DNA of 31,492 bases from a bacterium (GCA_043779265.1 JAYWEM010000193.1:1-31492); one strand, 5' to 3'. Shown: positions 19,087-31,337, counted from the first letter of the stretch. The notes: generated by a model from the sequence alone, not told the origin. Translations and numbers: made by a program.

Positions 19087-20823
19087 CTACTGCACCCGCA
19101 CCGCGCGGCGCACCAAGCTCGCACCGCCGCCGTTCGCGCTCACGAAGTAGCTGCCACTCGGCACGACCCGGCCCTCGGAGTCGAGGCCGTCCCATAGTTC
19201 CGAGTAGCTGCCGGGCGCGAACTGGCCGTCACGCAGCAAGCGCACCAAGCGCCCCGTGGCGTCGAGCACCGAGAGCCGCACGCTCGCGGCGCGCGGCACC
19301 GAGAAGCGGATCAGCGTCGAGGATCGGAACGGATTGGGCTCGTTCTGCGCCAGCACCACGGCGGGCGGCAGCGAAGCGCCTCGAAGCACCTGGATGCGTC
19401 CGATCGCGTACTCGGCGCCCTGGATCACCTCGCGCAGTTCGTAGATGAGCGGCGTGTCCCCCGCAGGAGGTGAGTCGATGATCACGTGGCCGCCCGCTCC
19501 GAAGATCGGACCCTCGTTGACCAGCGTCCGCGTCACGCCGTCGGACTCGAGCCGGTACAGGTTGGCTGTCATGTCGCCGCCGTCCGAGGCCAGCTCGAAC
19601 TCGATGCGCACGGTGCCGTCGGTCTGCGGCTGTGCCGCCAGGCGCGTGACGCGCGTCGCCGTGACGCCCGATGGGCTCAGCGCCATCAGCGCGTAGGAGG
19701 CCATGTAGACATCATTGCGGGCGGCCTTCGACGTGCCACCACCCGCGTAGTTGCCAGCGCCGGTGATCGACTGGTTGGCCAGATTCATCAGGAAGCCGGT
19801 CGAGTCCCATGCGGAGAATCCATTGAACGCGTAGAGCGCGAACGCGGTCGAGCCGGCGCCGTTGACGTCGTTCTTCATGGTGGTCCGCCCGGGCAGCGAG
19901 CTCACGTACACGACGTCGCGGAACGTTCCGGCCCAGCGCTTCATGGTGACCGGCGACGAGAAGAACTCCACGCCCTCGAGGTTCATCTCGATGGCGACGC
20001 GCGCGAAGTAGTTGGCGTAGTTGACCGCCTGCCAGTCGAGCGTCGCCGGATCCAGCTGCCGCGCCCAGCGATACGCACTCGGCACCGACGGGTTGACCTG
20101 CAGCGAGGCCTGCAGCTGCGCGCGGATCTCGTTGGCGCGATCGAGGTAGAACGTATTGCCGGTCACCTTCCACAGGTAGTACGCCAGCCGCCAGTTGGCC
20201 GAGCGCGGCTCGGTGTCGGGCTTGTAGAAGCCAGCGAACGGCGTGTTCCATGCGGGGATCGCGCCACCGGCGCGCGCGTACCACTTGGCGAGGAAGTGAT
20301 TCTCGAGCCAGCCGCGCCAGTAGTCGGCGGCAACGCCATAGGCGGGATCGAGTGAGCGATTGGCGTGGAACGTCCACATCCACAGCGCGACCGTTCCCGA
20401 CGAGATCGACTCATCGAGCCAGTTGGTGTCCTTGCCGTAGTAGGTCGCGTTGGTCGGATCGACCGTCCACAGCCAGGCGGTGTAGCCGTCGGTCGTGCCA
20501 TCGAGCCAGGCGTCGCGGAGCTGTGCCTTGGCGAGATTCGACAGCACGAGCACGCGATCGAGGAACTGCCGCTCGCCCGTGGCGCGGAACGAGAGGATCA
20601 GGGCCTGCGTGTAGTTGCCGCCCTCACGGCCGATCGCGTAAGAGTCGCCGCCCGTCATGGTGTTATCCATGAGCACATTGCTGGCGGCCATGCCGGCGAC
20701 GACGCGGTCGCGCCAGATCGTCTCCTCGGGCGTCAGGGCACGGGTCGCGGCATGAGCATGCGGCGCGGCCAGTGAGGTGAGCGCGGCTGCGATGAGAATG
20801 GCGAGGTGTGGAGCACGCTGCAT
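19087..20823 (-). CDS. Secreted protein with putative (alpha/alpha)-toroid carbohydrate-active domain, Ig-like linker and FlgD-Ig/T9SS-like CTD, 578 aa
   Basis: Signal peptide [25 protein letters not shown] with GGAGG SD; helical-hairpin-like motifs [12 protein letters not shown] and [24 protein letters not shown]...DATGRLVR...[15 protein letters not shown]. Toroid call is inference. Confidence 0.7.
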   Translation of the reverse strand: MQRAPHLAILIAAALTSLAAPHAHAATRALTPEETIWRDRVVAGMAASNVLMDNTMTGGDSYAIGREGGNYTQALILSFRATGERQFLDRVLVLSNLAKAQLRDAWLDGTTDGYTAWLWTVDPTNATYYGKDTNWLDESISSGTVALWMWTFHANRSLDPAYGVAADYWRGWLENHFLAKWYARAGGAIPAWNTPFAGFYKPDTEPRSANWRLAYYLWKVTGNTFYLDRANEIRAQLQASLQVNPSVPSAYRWARQLDPATLDWQAVNYANYFARVAIEMNLEGVEFFSSPVTMKRWAGTFRDVVYVSSLPGRTTMKNDVNGAGSTAFALYAFNGFSAWDSTGFLMNLANQSITGAGNYAGGGTSKAARNDVYMASYALMALSPSGVTATRVTRLAAQPQTDGTVRIEFELASDGGDMTANLYRLESDGVTRTLVNEGPIFGAGGHVIIDSPPAGDTPLIYELREVIQGAEYAIGRIQVLRGASLPPAVVLAQNEPNPFRSSTLIRFSVPRAASVRLSVLDATGRLVRLLRDGQFAPGSYSELWDGLDSEGRVVPSGSYFVSANGGGASLVRRAVRVQ

Positions 20824-20872
20824 CGATGCCTCCGGGTGCGGCCCAGAGTGTCGGGTCTTGGGGGCGGCCGGC

Positions 20873-20901
20873 ACCATAAGGGCTCGAGCGCCGAGGGTGA
20901 A
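20873..20901 (-). promoter_or_regulatory. Putative sigma70 promoter TTCACC-N17-TATGGT
   Basis: Minus strand -35 at 20896-20901, -10 at 20873-20878, 49 nt upstream of ATG 20823. Confidence 0.5.
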
Positions 20902-21076
20902 GCGCGCGGCGGCGCGAGTCGGTGCGGCAGTTCCGGTATCGGCGGCGGCGCGGCGAGGTTTGAGGTCGCGATCGAGGATTCGACCGTAATCGAAGAGGCG
21001 TTGCGCCATGTGGCGCAGCACAACGACCGGACGTTGCAGGTTGCGCGGAGTGCGCTCGTCGATCCGTCGCGCGGTG

Positions 21077-23857
21077 CTACGGGATTCGCACGACGATCCG
21101 CGTGCTGGTCTCGTCAGGCGTGCGCAGGCGGATGAAGTACACGCCAGCGGCCACTGCCGCGCCTCGCTGCTCGCGCCCGTCCCACCCGAGCCGGTGGCTG
21201 CCGGCCGCCAGCGTGCGGCCTCGGATCAGCGAGCGGACCTCGCGGCCCATCAGATCGTGAACCGTCAGATCCACTTCGCTGTCGCGCGAAAGCGCGAACT
21301 CCACCTCGGCGGTGCTGCGGAACGGGTTGGGGCGCACGGCACGAAGACCGCTGGCGAGCCGCTGCCCGGAGGCCACGCCCACATTGGCCGGGGTGGACGC
21401 CGGGTTCCCGGGGTCGCTGCCCGCGACCAGCTCATCGCCGTCTCGGTAGCCGTCGCGGTCCCGGTCCAATCCCATGCGCACGCCGCTGCCAAGCGGCACG
21501 CCGGTCACGGTGAGCTCGCTGCCGGCTCCCGCCGTGGCCCGCACCTGCGCGGTCGTGCGAGCGCCCTCGGCCAGCAGATCGCCCTCCCACTGCCCCGCCC
21601 CGGCATAGCGCCAACCTCTCGGCATGCCCGCGGCGCGGCCCTTGGCGATGACTTCGCAGTCACCGGCGTCGGCGCGAGCGAGCAGCGTGTCGAGCCGCGC
21701 ACTCTCGCCGCCCGCTGGGGACATGAACGTGACCTGGGCGCCGACCGCGGGCGCGAGCCCAGTGTCGAACGCGAGCATGAACGCCTCCATGTCGCGCCGC
21801 TGATCGTTGCCCGGGGCTCCGGGCGCGAAAGTGAACCCGGGGAACTTCAGGAACTCGAACAGGTTGTCGGCGGCACCACTGTGGATGAATCCGAAGCCGC
21901 GCTTGTTCACGCTGCCGATCGAGTCGCGGAAGCCCGTCTTCTTGTACATGTTCCGCAGCTGCGGGATCTTCATGTCCTGCGCCTCGAGCAGCGCGGTCCG
22001 GTTGATCATCTGGCCGTTCGTGCCGGTGGGCACCGTGTGGCAGAAGTTGCACGTCTGCCCGCCGTCCACCGGAGTGTTCATGAAGAACGTCTGGCCTCGC
22101 CGGGCGCTGGGACGCCCCGCGAGGGCGTCCGGCATGGTGCGGTCCAGGTTCTGGCGCGGGTTGGGCGGGTAGCGCAGCGGCATCACGAAGTCCGCGAACG
22201 CCGACATCTGCGAGTCGGGCAGCACGGTGGCCCGCCCGAGCAGGCCCACGAACGCGCCGTTGAACGCCTGAAGATCGGCGCGGTCGCCGCGCCAGTGCAG
22301 CACGCCGGTCCCCGGGAGGCCGCGGAGCGACTGCGTGGTCATCGGACCCTTCATCGGGTGGAACGGCGTCAGGAACGGATCGAGCATGCCGGGTGGCATA
22401 TCCTCCATCACGCCTTGCGGGTCGCCGAGATCCCAGGCGAGGTTGTCCATGTCGCCGAACAGATGGCAGCTCGCGCACGAATGCTCGCCATGGCCCGACG
22501 TGAAACCGCCGTAGAACTTCCGCCGACCGTTGACGATGTCATCGGGCGTCGGATCGTGCCCGATCGGCGCGATCGCGAGTGATCCCAGCGACGCGGCGCT
22601 CAGCGTCTGCAGTTCGTTGCGGTGGCGGCCGACCACGTAGATCCGCCCGCGCGCGGCGTCGGCCACGACGCCCGTCGGCCCCTGTACCGTGCGCACTCGC
22701 GCCAGCACGGCTCCGCTGCTGGACAGCACGCCCATCTGGTCGTTCGAAAGCGCGGTCACGTAGAGGCGCTGCCCATCGGGCGACCAGGCGACGCCCGTCG
22801 GCATCCCGAGCGCCGAGTCCCTCTCGCTCTGTGGCCCCGGCGTCACGGAGTAGTTCACGTGCGGGTTGAGCAGCGCCTGGGTCGCAGGGCCCGTCGGCGG
22901 CACAAGGGCGATGCGCGTGTCGATGTTGCGTCCGCGCAGGTTCGGCTCGAACCGCACCGCGTTGCGCGCCTCGTGACCGGTCGTCGCCAGCGTGCCACTG
23001 ACGGGATCCACGTCGAGCCCAAGGTTCACCGCCGCCAGATCCCCGACCACGCGGGTGATGACGCGCGTGTTCGCGTCGATGCGCACGACGTCGGCCTCAT
23101 GCAGCGAGTAGCGCACCTTGGAGTTCCACAGCTTGCCCGACTCGTCGCGCCAATTCCCCTGCGCATCCTGCTTCACGATGAGGCCCACCTTCGGGGCCGC
23201 GGGCAGCGAAGGCGACTTGGGCGGGTTGGGCGGTGGCAGCGAGTCTCCCGCCTCGGCCTCGCTCAATGACGTCGTGCGATTCCCCGCGAACAGGATCGCC
23301 GCGTGAACCGAGTTGCCATCGGAGCTGCGAGCAAGGGCACGCGGCTGCCGGCCCGGAATCGCGATCACCTGGGGCGGCGCCGCGAGGTTGGCGGGGTCGT
23401 AGACCTTGATCGCGTCCTCCTCCCCCACGCTCACGAACGCGCGCAGCGGAGCCCCGGCGAACACCACGTCGTGGGGCTCATCGCCGGTGCGGATCGTGGC
23501 CCGCACATGCATCGTCGTCAGGTCCACCACGCTCACGTCGTCGGAGAGTTGGTTGACCACCCACGCCTCGGTGGCGCTGCGGGCCGCGACCGAGACCGGC
23601 TCGAGACCCACCGGGATCTCCGCGATGCGCTGCGGGAAGGCCCCGGTCAGGTCGAACACCGACAGCCGAGCGTCGGGCGTGTTCACCACGAGCAACATGG
23701 TGCCGTCAGGTGTCAGCGCGACCGGGTGAACGTGCCCGCTCTCGAAGTGAACGAAATCGGTGTTCGCGTCCGGGCGCGAGATGAGGGCGCGGGGCGCCGC
23801 GGTGAGCACGGCAGCAGCGGTGGCGGCGGCGATGACAAGCGCGGCGGGACGTCGCAG
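21077..23857 (-). CDS. Secreted YVTN/YncE-type beta-propeller + di-heme cytochrome c (bCcP/MauG-like) + TSP3-like Ca motif + FlgD-Ig/T9SS-like CTD
   Basis: PVALTPDG, IPVGLEPVSV, IRTGDEPHDV, GVAWSPDG; CASCH (22463-22477) and CNFCH (22037-22051); KGPMTTQSLRG, KIPQLRN; DRDGYRDGDE; CTD RPNPF...DLMGREVR...WDGRE...GVYF. Start inferred at CTG 23857 (ORF track uses TTG 23923). Confidence 0.82.
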   Translation of the reverse strand: MRRPAALVIAAATAAAVLTAAPRALISRPDANTDFVHFESGHVHPVALTPDGTMLLVVNTPDARLSVFDLTGAFPQRIAEIPVGLEPVSVAARSATEAWVVNQLSDDVSVVDLTTMHVRATIRTGDEPHDVVFAGAPLRAFVSVGEEDAIKVYDPANLAAPPQVIAIPGRQPRALARSSDGNSVHAAILFAGNRTTSLSEAEAGDSLPPPNPPKSPSLPAAPKVGLIVKQDAQGNWRDESGKLWNSKVRYSLHEADVVRIDANTRVITRVVGDLAAVNLGLDVDPVSGTLATTGHEARNAVRFEPNLRGRNIDTRIALVPPTGPATQALLNPHVNYSVTPGPQSERDSALGMPTGVAWSPDGQRLYVTALSNDQMGVLSSSGAVLARVRTVQGPTGVVADAARGRIYVVGRHRNELQTLSAASLGSLAIAPIGHDPTPDDIVNGRRKFYGGFTSGHGEHSCASCHLFGDMDNLAWDLGDPQGVMEDMPPGMLDPFLTPFHPMKGPMTTQSLRGLPGTGVLHWRGDRADLQAFNGAFVGLLGRATVLPDSQMSAFADFVMPLRYPPNPRQNLDRTMPDALAGRPSARRGQTFFMNTPVDGGQTCNFCHTVPTGTNGQMINRTALLEAQDMKIPQLRNMYKKTGFRDSIGSVNKRGFGFIHSGAADNLFEFLKFPGFTFAPGAPGNDQRRDMEAFMLAFDTGLAPAVGAQVTFMSPAGGESARLDTLLARADAGDCEVIAKGRAAGMPRGWRYAGAGQWEGDLLAEGARTTAQVRATAGAGSELTVTGVPLGSGVRMGLDRDRDGYRDGDELVAGSDPGNPASTPANVGVASGQRLASGLRAVRPNPFRSTAEVEFALSRDSEVDLTVHDLMGREVRSLIRGRTLAAGSHRLGWDGREQRGAAVAAGVYFIRLRTPDETSTRIVVRIP

Positions 23858-23947
23858 GGGAGGCCTCCGGTGCAGAACAGGATGCGGGACACAATGCTCC
23901 GTGGCCGGGGGCCGGCTTGTCAACGGGTGAAGTGGTGCGGACGCGCC

Positions 23948-24844
23948 TCAGCCCCCCGCCTCGGGGTGCGGCACCAGCCCGATCGGCAGCGTGAGCACGA
24001 GGGCGATCACCAGCACCGCGAACCCGAGCCCCACGGCGAGGCGCTTGGCACGCGGGATGTCGTGGTAGCCGGGCACCGGGTTCCGCCAGCGCTGCCACAG
24101 CGTGAAGAGCCCCACCGCCATCACCAACAGCAGGATGGGCGAGCGCGTGAGCACCAGCGCCACGAGTCCCAGCCCATAGCCCACGATCCAGAACGTGCGG
24201 GTGAACGCGCCCGCGATGCGGCCGCCATCGAGCGGCGAGACGGGGATCAGGTTGAACAAGTTGAGCAGGATGCCCGCATGTCCGAGCGTGACGAGGAGTG
24301 GATGCTCGAGCCACATGCCAGCGGCGAGCGTGGCCCAGGCCGCGATCGAACCGGCCACAGGTCCGCCGATCGCCACCTTGGCCTCGACGTAGGCGTCTCT
24401 CGGCATGCCGCGCATCGCCACGAACGCGCCGATGAACGGGATGAACACCGGCGCGCTGGCGGGGATGCCCTCGTGGCGGAGCACGGCCACGTGCCCCATC
24501 TCGTGCACGAAGATCAGCAGCACGAATCCGGCGGCGAACGCCCATCCCCACTCGGTGGCATAGAGCCCCACGCTCAGCAGCATGGTGGCGAGTGTCTTCA
24601 GCTTGAGCGCGCCGGCCAGCAGCCCGATGAACTTGAGCTTGCTCAGCACAAACAGCGCGGCCGCTCCGAGCATGCCGAGGATCGAGTTGCGCGTGCGGTG
24701 ATGTTCGGGTGCGTTCTCGCCGGGCTGCCCGGCGCCCGGCTTGGCGCGAGTCGGCGCTGCATTGGCCGAAGGTGGCCCCGCGAGCACGGCGCGCAGGTTC
24801 TCGATGCGGCGGCGTTCGAGCTCCTCGGGCGACAGTCCGCTCAT
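23948..24844 (-). CDS. Site-2 protease family (M50) zinc metalloprotease, 298 aa
   Basis: FVHEMGH (HExxH), PVFIPFIGA, AIGGP, NLFNLIPVSPLDGGRI; ATGA overlap with the upstream gene. Confidence 0.9.
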   Translation of the reverse strand: MSGLSPEELERRRIENLRAVLAGPPSANAAPTRAKPGAGQPGENAPEHHRTRNSILGMLGAAALFVLSKLKFIGLLAGALKLKTLATMLLSVGLYATEWGWAFAAGFVLLIFVHEMGHVAVLRHEGIPASAPVFIPFIGAFVAMRGMPRDAYVEAKVAIGGPVAGSIAAWATLAAGMWLEHPLLVTLGHAGILLNLFNLIPVSPLDGGRIAGAFTRTFWIVGYGLGLVALVLTRSPILLLVMAVGLFTLWQRWRNPVPGYHDIPRAKRLAVGLGFAVLVIALVLTLPIGLVPHPEAGG

Positions 24845-25455
24845 CCGGCGTGGGTGGGGAGCGAGAGTGGCTGGGGGATCTTCAACGCCTGATAGAGCAC
24901 GATGGCGAGGAACACCATGTCCATGACGCCGAAGTCCAGAGCCAGCACGCGGCCGAGGAGATCGAGGCTCTGGGGCGGGAACGCCACGCGGAACGAGTCC
25001 CCCTGCTCGCCGAGCGCCTTGTTCACGAACGTCCTGTTCACGAGGAACGTGGCCGCGAGATAGCTCGCCATCGAGACGCCCACTGCCAGAGCCTGTAGTC
25101 CGGCCGAGCGCTTGCCGCCCGCGAACCGCACCGCACCGTGGCCCACGAGGAATCCGATTGCGATCGCGACCAACCCCACCGAGTAGTGGGTGAGCACCGT
25201 GAACCCCCACCACGCGAGCGCGCCCAGGATGCCGCCGAGCACCGCGCCGATCGAGGCGTTCACGAAGTTGATGTTGGAGCCCATCTCGGTGATCGCGTGC
25301 TCGAGCTGGGCCCGCAGCGACGCATGACACGATCGGCAGAAAACGCGGTCGCCGGCTTCGACACGATCCTCGGGCGAAAGCGAGGTCTCACACTGGGCAC
25401 AGGTCTCGGCCACTTGGGCTCCGCTGCTGGTCTCGCCCGAATCGGTTTCGCTCAT
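24841..25455 (-). CDS. Membrane protein with N-terminal zinc ribbon (CAQC...CRSC), 204 aa
   Basis: Strong AAGGAGGAG SD; CxxC-x16-CxxC followed by about 4 hydrophobic helices. Confidence 0.75.
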   Translation of the reverse strand: MSETDSGETSSGAQVAETCAQCETSLSPEDRVEAGDRVFCRSCHASLRAQLEHAITEMGSNINFVNASIGAVLGGILGALAWWGFTVLTHYSVGLVAIAIGFLVGHGAVRFAGGKRSAGLQALAVGVSMASYLAATFLVNRTFVNKALGEQGDSFRVAFPPQSLDLLGRVLALDFGVMDMVFLAIVLYQALKIPQPLSLPTHAG

Positions 25456-25514
25456 GCGCTCCTCCTTAGCGATCGTCCGCGGCCGTGAATCGAGAGCACG
25501 ATCGGCGATGGCGG

Positions 25515-25547
25515 AACATAGCCGGGCACCCATTGACCGGGCAATGG
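25515..25547 (-). promoter_or_regulatory. Putative promoter TTGCCC-N18-TATGTT overlapped by an 18-bp palindrome CCATTGACCGGGCAATGG
   Basis: -35 at 25539-25544 and -10 at 25515-25520 (minus); inverted repeat 25530-25547 matches its reverse complement at 16/18 positions. Confidence 0.45.
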
Positions 25548-25636
25548 ACTGTGGTCGCGAGTCGCCGAGCTCGCACCTGCGGCTGGACCCTGCGCACAAG
25601 GACGACAAGACAGCGCGCCCCGCCTCAGTTGCCGCG

Positions 25637-25645
25637 TGCTACGCT
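25637..25645 (+). promoter_or_regulatory. Extended -10 TGcTACGCT for the hydrolase gene
   Basis: TG-c-TACGCT, 58 nt upstream of GTG 25704; same TGcTA context as 805-813. Confidence 0.4.
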
Positions 25646-25703
25646 TCCGGGCCCGAGCCGCTCACCCTGCGGCCGCCGCCCCTGCGTCCCCCGGAGGTGC
25701 CGA

Positions 25704-27940
25704 GTGACCCCGCGCCCGCGAACCCTTCTCACTTCGCACGCTCTCGTCTTCGCTCTCGGACTGATGCTCGCAAGCACGTCCTGGGCAGCCACTCGCCCGG
25801 TCGATGCCGCGATCGACGATGCGCTGCGCGACCTGGTCCCGATGGCCCGTTCGGGCGTTCTCATCGACCGCGTCCTCCCCCTGGCGCGCATCGAGGAACT
25901 CGACGGCGATCCGAACTCGCCAAGCGCGGATGCGCGGCGCTGGCGACAGGCCTACGACGAGCTGCGGCGCGCCACGATCGGCACGCCGACCGGACCCGAC
26001 CTCGCCACCCTCGACGCCGGGGCCCGAGCCTCGGCGAGAGCGGGCGTGCTGCCCATCGCGCTGTTCGATCTGGCCTACGACCGAGTGCGTCCCGACGCGA
26101 TGACGGACGGCTCACTGAAGTTAGCGCAGGGACGCATCGAGCGAACCGCGGCGTCGCCGCTCATCGAGTCACGCGCGGTTGCCGCTGCCGTGCTGGCGCC
26201 CGCAACGTATCAAGGTGGCGCACTGGTGTTCTCGCTCGAGCGCGGGCGCTTCGTGAGCGATGCGGGCGATGCGGGCGATGCGCCGCGTGCGATCGCGATC
26301 GACTTCGACGATGGGTCTGGATTCAGGCCCGCCGCATTCGGCGAGCACCTGCGCGTCCGATACGGCGCGACGGGAACACGCACGCTGCAGGCTCGAGTGA
26401 CGAGAGGCGATGGCTCCGAGGCGGTCGCCCGCTTCTCGTTCGAGGTGAGAGGGCTCGTGGCTCCGACGCCCGACGACACGCTGCGCATCACCGCGACGAC
26501 GCCTCACCTCGGTCGATTCGGCACCGGCGATGCCTACGTGCTGCTCGCGCCCGGGCACACCTCACTCGTCAATCCGGTCGTGGTGATCGAGGGATTCGAT
26601 CTCGACAACAACATGGACTGGGACGCGCTGCACGCGATGCTCAATCAACAGAACCTCATCGAGACGCTGCGCGCAGATGGGTTCGATGCCGTGGTGCGAA
26701 CTTCGACGACGCCACCGCCGCGATCCAGGAGAACGCGTACGTCGTGGCCGAACTGGTGCAGCAGGTCCAGGCGATGATCGCGCCGCAGGCGACGCTCGCC
26801 CTGGTTGGGGCCAGCATGGGCGGCCTGTGTTCGCGCTTCGCGCTCGCCCACCTCGAGGCCCAGGCGATCCCGCACCGCGTGCGCACGTGGATCTCGTTCG
26901 ATGCGCCGCAAGCCGGCGCGAACATTCCGTTGGGCCTGCAGTACTGGATCCAGTACTTCGCGAGTCAGTCGGTCGATGCCGCGGCGTTCCTCTCACTGCT
27001 CGACCGTCCCGCGGCCAAGCAGATGCTGCTCTACCACTTCACGACTCCCCCGGGAGCAACGGGCGTTCCCGATCCGCTACGGACACAACTGCTCGCCGAA
27101 CTCGCACTGATCGGCGACTACCCTTCGCTCACGCGCCGCGTGGGCGTGGCGAATGGCAACGGCTCGGGACTCTCGCAGGGCTTCGCCCCCGGCGCCCAGT
27201 TGATCCGCTACGAGTACAGCTCGCTGTTCCTCGCGTTGACCGGCAACGTGTGGGCGGTTCCGGATCAGACGAGCCGCAACATCTTCGTCGGCAGCCAGCG
27301 CATCCTGTTCTCCACCACCGGCCAGACCGTGAACGTGAGCGGCACGAAGCCGTGGGATGGATCGCCCGGCGGCTCGCGCGCTTCGATGGCGCAGCTCGAT
27401 GCGACGACGGCGCCCTACGGCGACATCGTCGCCCTGCACCCGTCGCACAGTTTCATCCCGACGGTGAGCGCCTTGGCGATCGCGACGAACGACCCGTTCT
27501 TCAATGTGTCGGCCGCACCCGATCTGTCCGCGATCACGCCATTCGATGCGGTGTTCCATGCCGCCTTGAATGAGGAGCATGTGGTTCTCTCGGCCGCGAG
27601 CGCCGAGTGGATCCGGAACGAGATCCTGCTCGGAGTGCTCGACGCGCCGACGACGGCCTCGCCGCGAGGGCTGTCGATGAGCGCGAGTCCCAACCCGTTC
27701 TCCTCATCGGCGAGCGTGCGATTGACGCTGCCGCGCGCCGCACACGTGGAGCTCCGCGTCTATGGCGTCGATGGTCGTGAGGTACGGCGATTGATGGCCG
27801 GTTCGCTGTCAGCCGGCACCCACAGCATCGCGTGGGATGGCCGCGACACTCACGGGGCGGCCACGCCGCCGGGCCTCTATCTGATCCGTGCGGCGGCAGA
27901 CGGTGCCCGCACGATCCGGCGCGTGGCCAAGCTGGATTGA
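25704..27940 (+). pseudogene. Frameshifted secreted alpha/beta-hydrolase (lipase/esterase-like) with FlgD-Ig/T9SS-like CTD; 745 aa if repaired (true pseudogene or sequencing error)
   Basis: GGAGG SD + GTG 25704; signal peptide ...ALVFALGLMLASTSWA; PVVVIEGFD in the first frame. After ~26698 the other frame gives NFDDATAAIQENA, LVGASMGGL, FDAPQAGANIP and CTD SPNPF...DGREVR...WDGRD..G...PGLY. One base missing in GTGGTGC^GAAC. Confidence 0.8.
26257..26282 (+). repeat. Short in-frame tandem repeat (GCGATGCGG) x ~2.9 encoding DAGDAGDA
   Basis: gcgatgcgg-gcgatgcgg-gcgatgcg. Confidence 0.6.
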
Positions 27941-28000
27941 TGGCCATGCCGAGCCTGCATGCAGCCAGCCGATCGTGCGAGTCCGCGGGAGCATGATCCG

Positions 28001-28582
28001 ATGACGAACCCCGAACCCATCACGGTCTGGCTCGAGCGGCTTTCGGGCGGCGACTCGGGCGCATTGGAGCAGGTGATCCAGCGTCTCTACCCCGAGCTGC
28101 GCAACCTCGCGCGCGGGCGGCTGCGGGGCGAAGGCCGTGCCATGACCATCGGAACGACGGGCCTGGTGCACGAGGCGTACCTGCGGCTCGTGGGTCAGCA
28201 CTCGCTCTCGGCCGAGAGCCGCACGCGATTCTTCGCCATCGCCTCCAATACGATGCGGCGCGTGCTCGTCGACTACGCGCGGGCAAGGCGCCGTCACAAG
28301 CGCGGCGGCGGGGTGGCGCCGGTGCCGCTCGAGGAGGTCGAGGTCGCCCTGAGCGATACGGAGTCCGACGAGATCCTCGCGCTCGATGAGGCGCTCGAAC
28401 GGCTGGCGCTTGCGGACCCGCGTGCGGCGTCGGTCGTGGAACGTCGGTTCTTCTGCGGGTTCTCGGTCGCGGAGATCGCGGTCGAGTTCAGTGTCTCCGA
28501 GAAGACGATCCAGCGCGATTGGGTCACGGCCCGCGCCTGGCTGCGCAAGGAAGTGCGCCGGGACCTCGACCTCGCGCCCTGA
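28001..28582 (+). CDS. ECF sigma factor, TIGR02999/ECF43-like (Ser/Thr-kinase-associated), 193 aa
   Basis: ITVWL...GDSGALE..LYPELRNLA, TIGTTGLVHEAYLRL, MRRVLVDYAR....KRGG, LALDEALERL, RFFCGFSVAEIA, TIQRDWVTARAWL; GGGAG SD. Confidence 0.9.
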   Translation: MTNPEPITVWLERLSGGDSGALEQVIQRLYPELRNLARGRLRGEGRAMTIGTTGLVHEAYLRLVGQHSLSAESRTRFFAIASNTMRRVLVDYARARRRHKRGGGVAPVPLEEVEVALSDTESDEILALDEALERLALADPRAASVVERRFFCGFSVAEIAVEFSVSEKTIQRDWVTARAWLRKEVRRDLDLAP

Positions 28583-28585
28583 GTC

Positions 28586-28613
28586 TGTCCGTTTCCGAGT
28601 CACTCTGACGCCA
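28586..28613 (+). promoter_or_regulatory. Candidate ECF promoter TGTCCG-N15-GACGCCA upstream of the kinase
   Basis: Identical boxes and spacing recur at 31338-31365. Confidence 0.6.
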
Positions 28614-28630
28614 AGTGATCGAGGGGGAAC

Positions 28631-31312
<2,682 letters not shown>

Positions 31313-31337
31313 GGCCATCGCCTCGGCAGAACCCGCA

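Noticed and set aside
19079..19087. C9 run as a phase-variation tract
   Set aside because: It lies at and just after the stop codon of the toroid gene and about 80 nt from the putative SDR -10, so a length change has no evident effect.
21077..23857. Calling the propeller/di-heme protein hydrazine synthase or MauG
   Set aside because: Only an architectural resemblance; no hzsA, hao or mau context, and it carries a CTD.
26257..26282. 9-bp tandem repeat as cause of the frameshift or a contingency locus
   Set aside because: The unit is in frame and ~415 nt from the frameshift.
25454..26697. N-terminal half of the 828-aa ORF 25454..27940
   Set aside because: Arg-rich nonsense up to ~26698; the true N-terminus is in the 25485..26777 frame (GTG 25704, SD, signal peptide).
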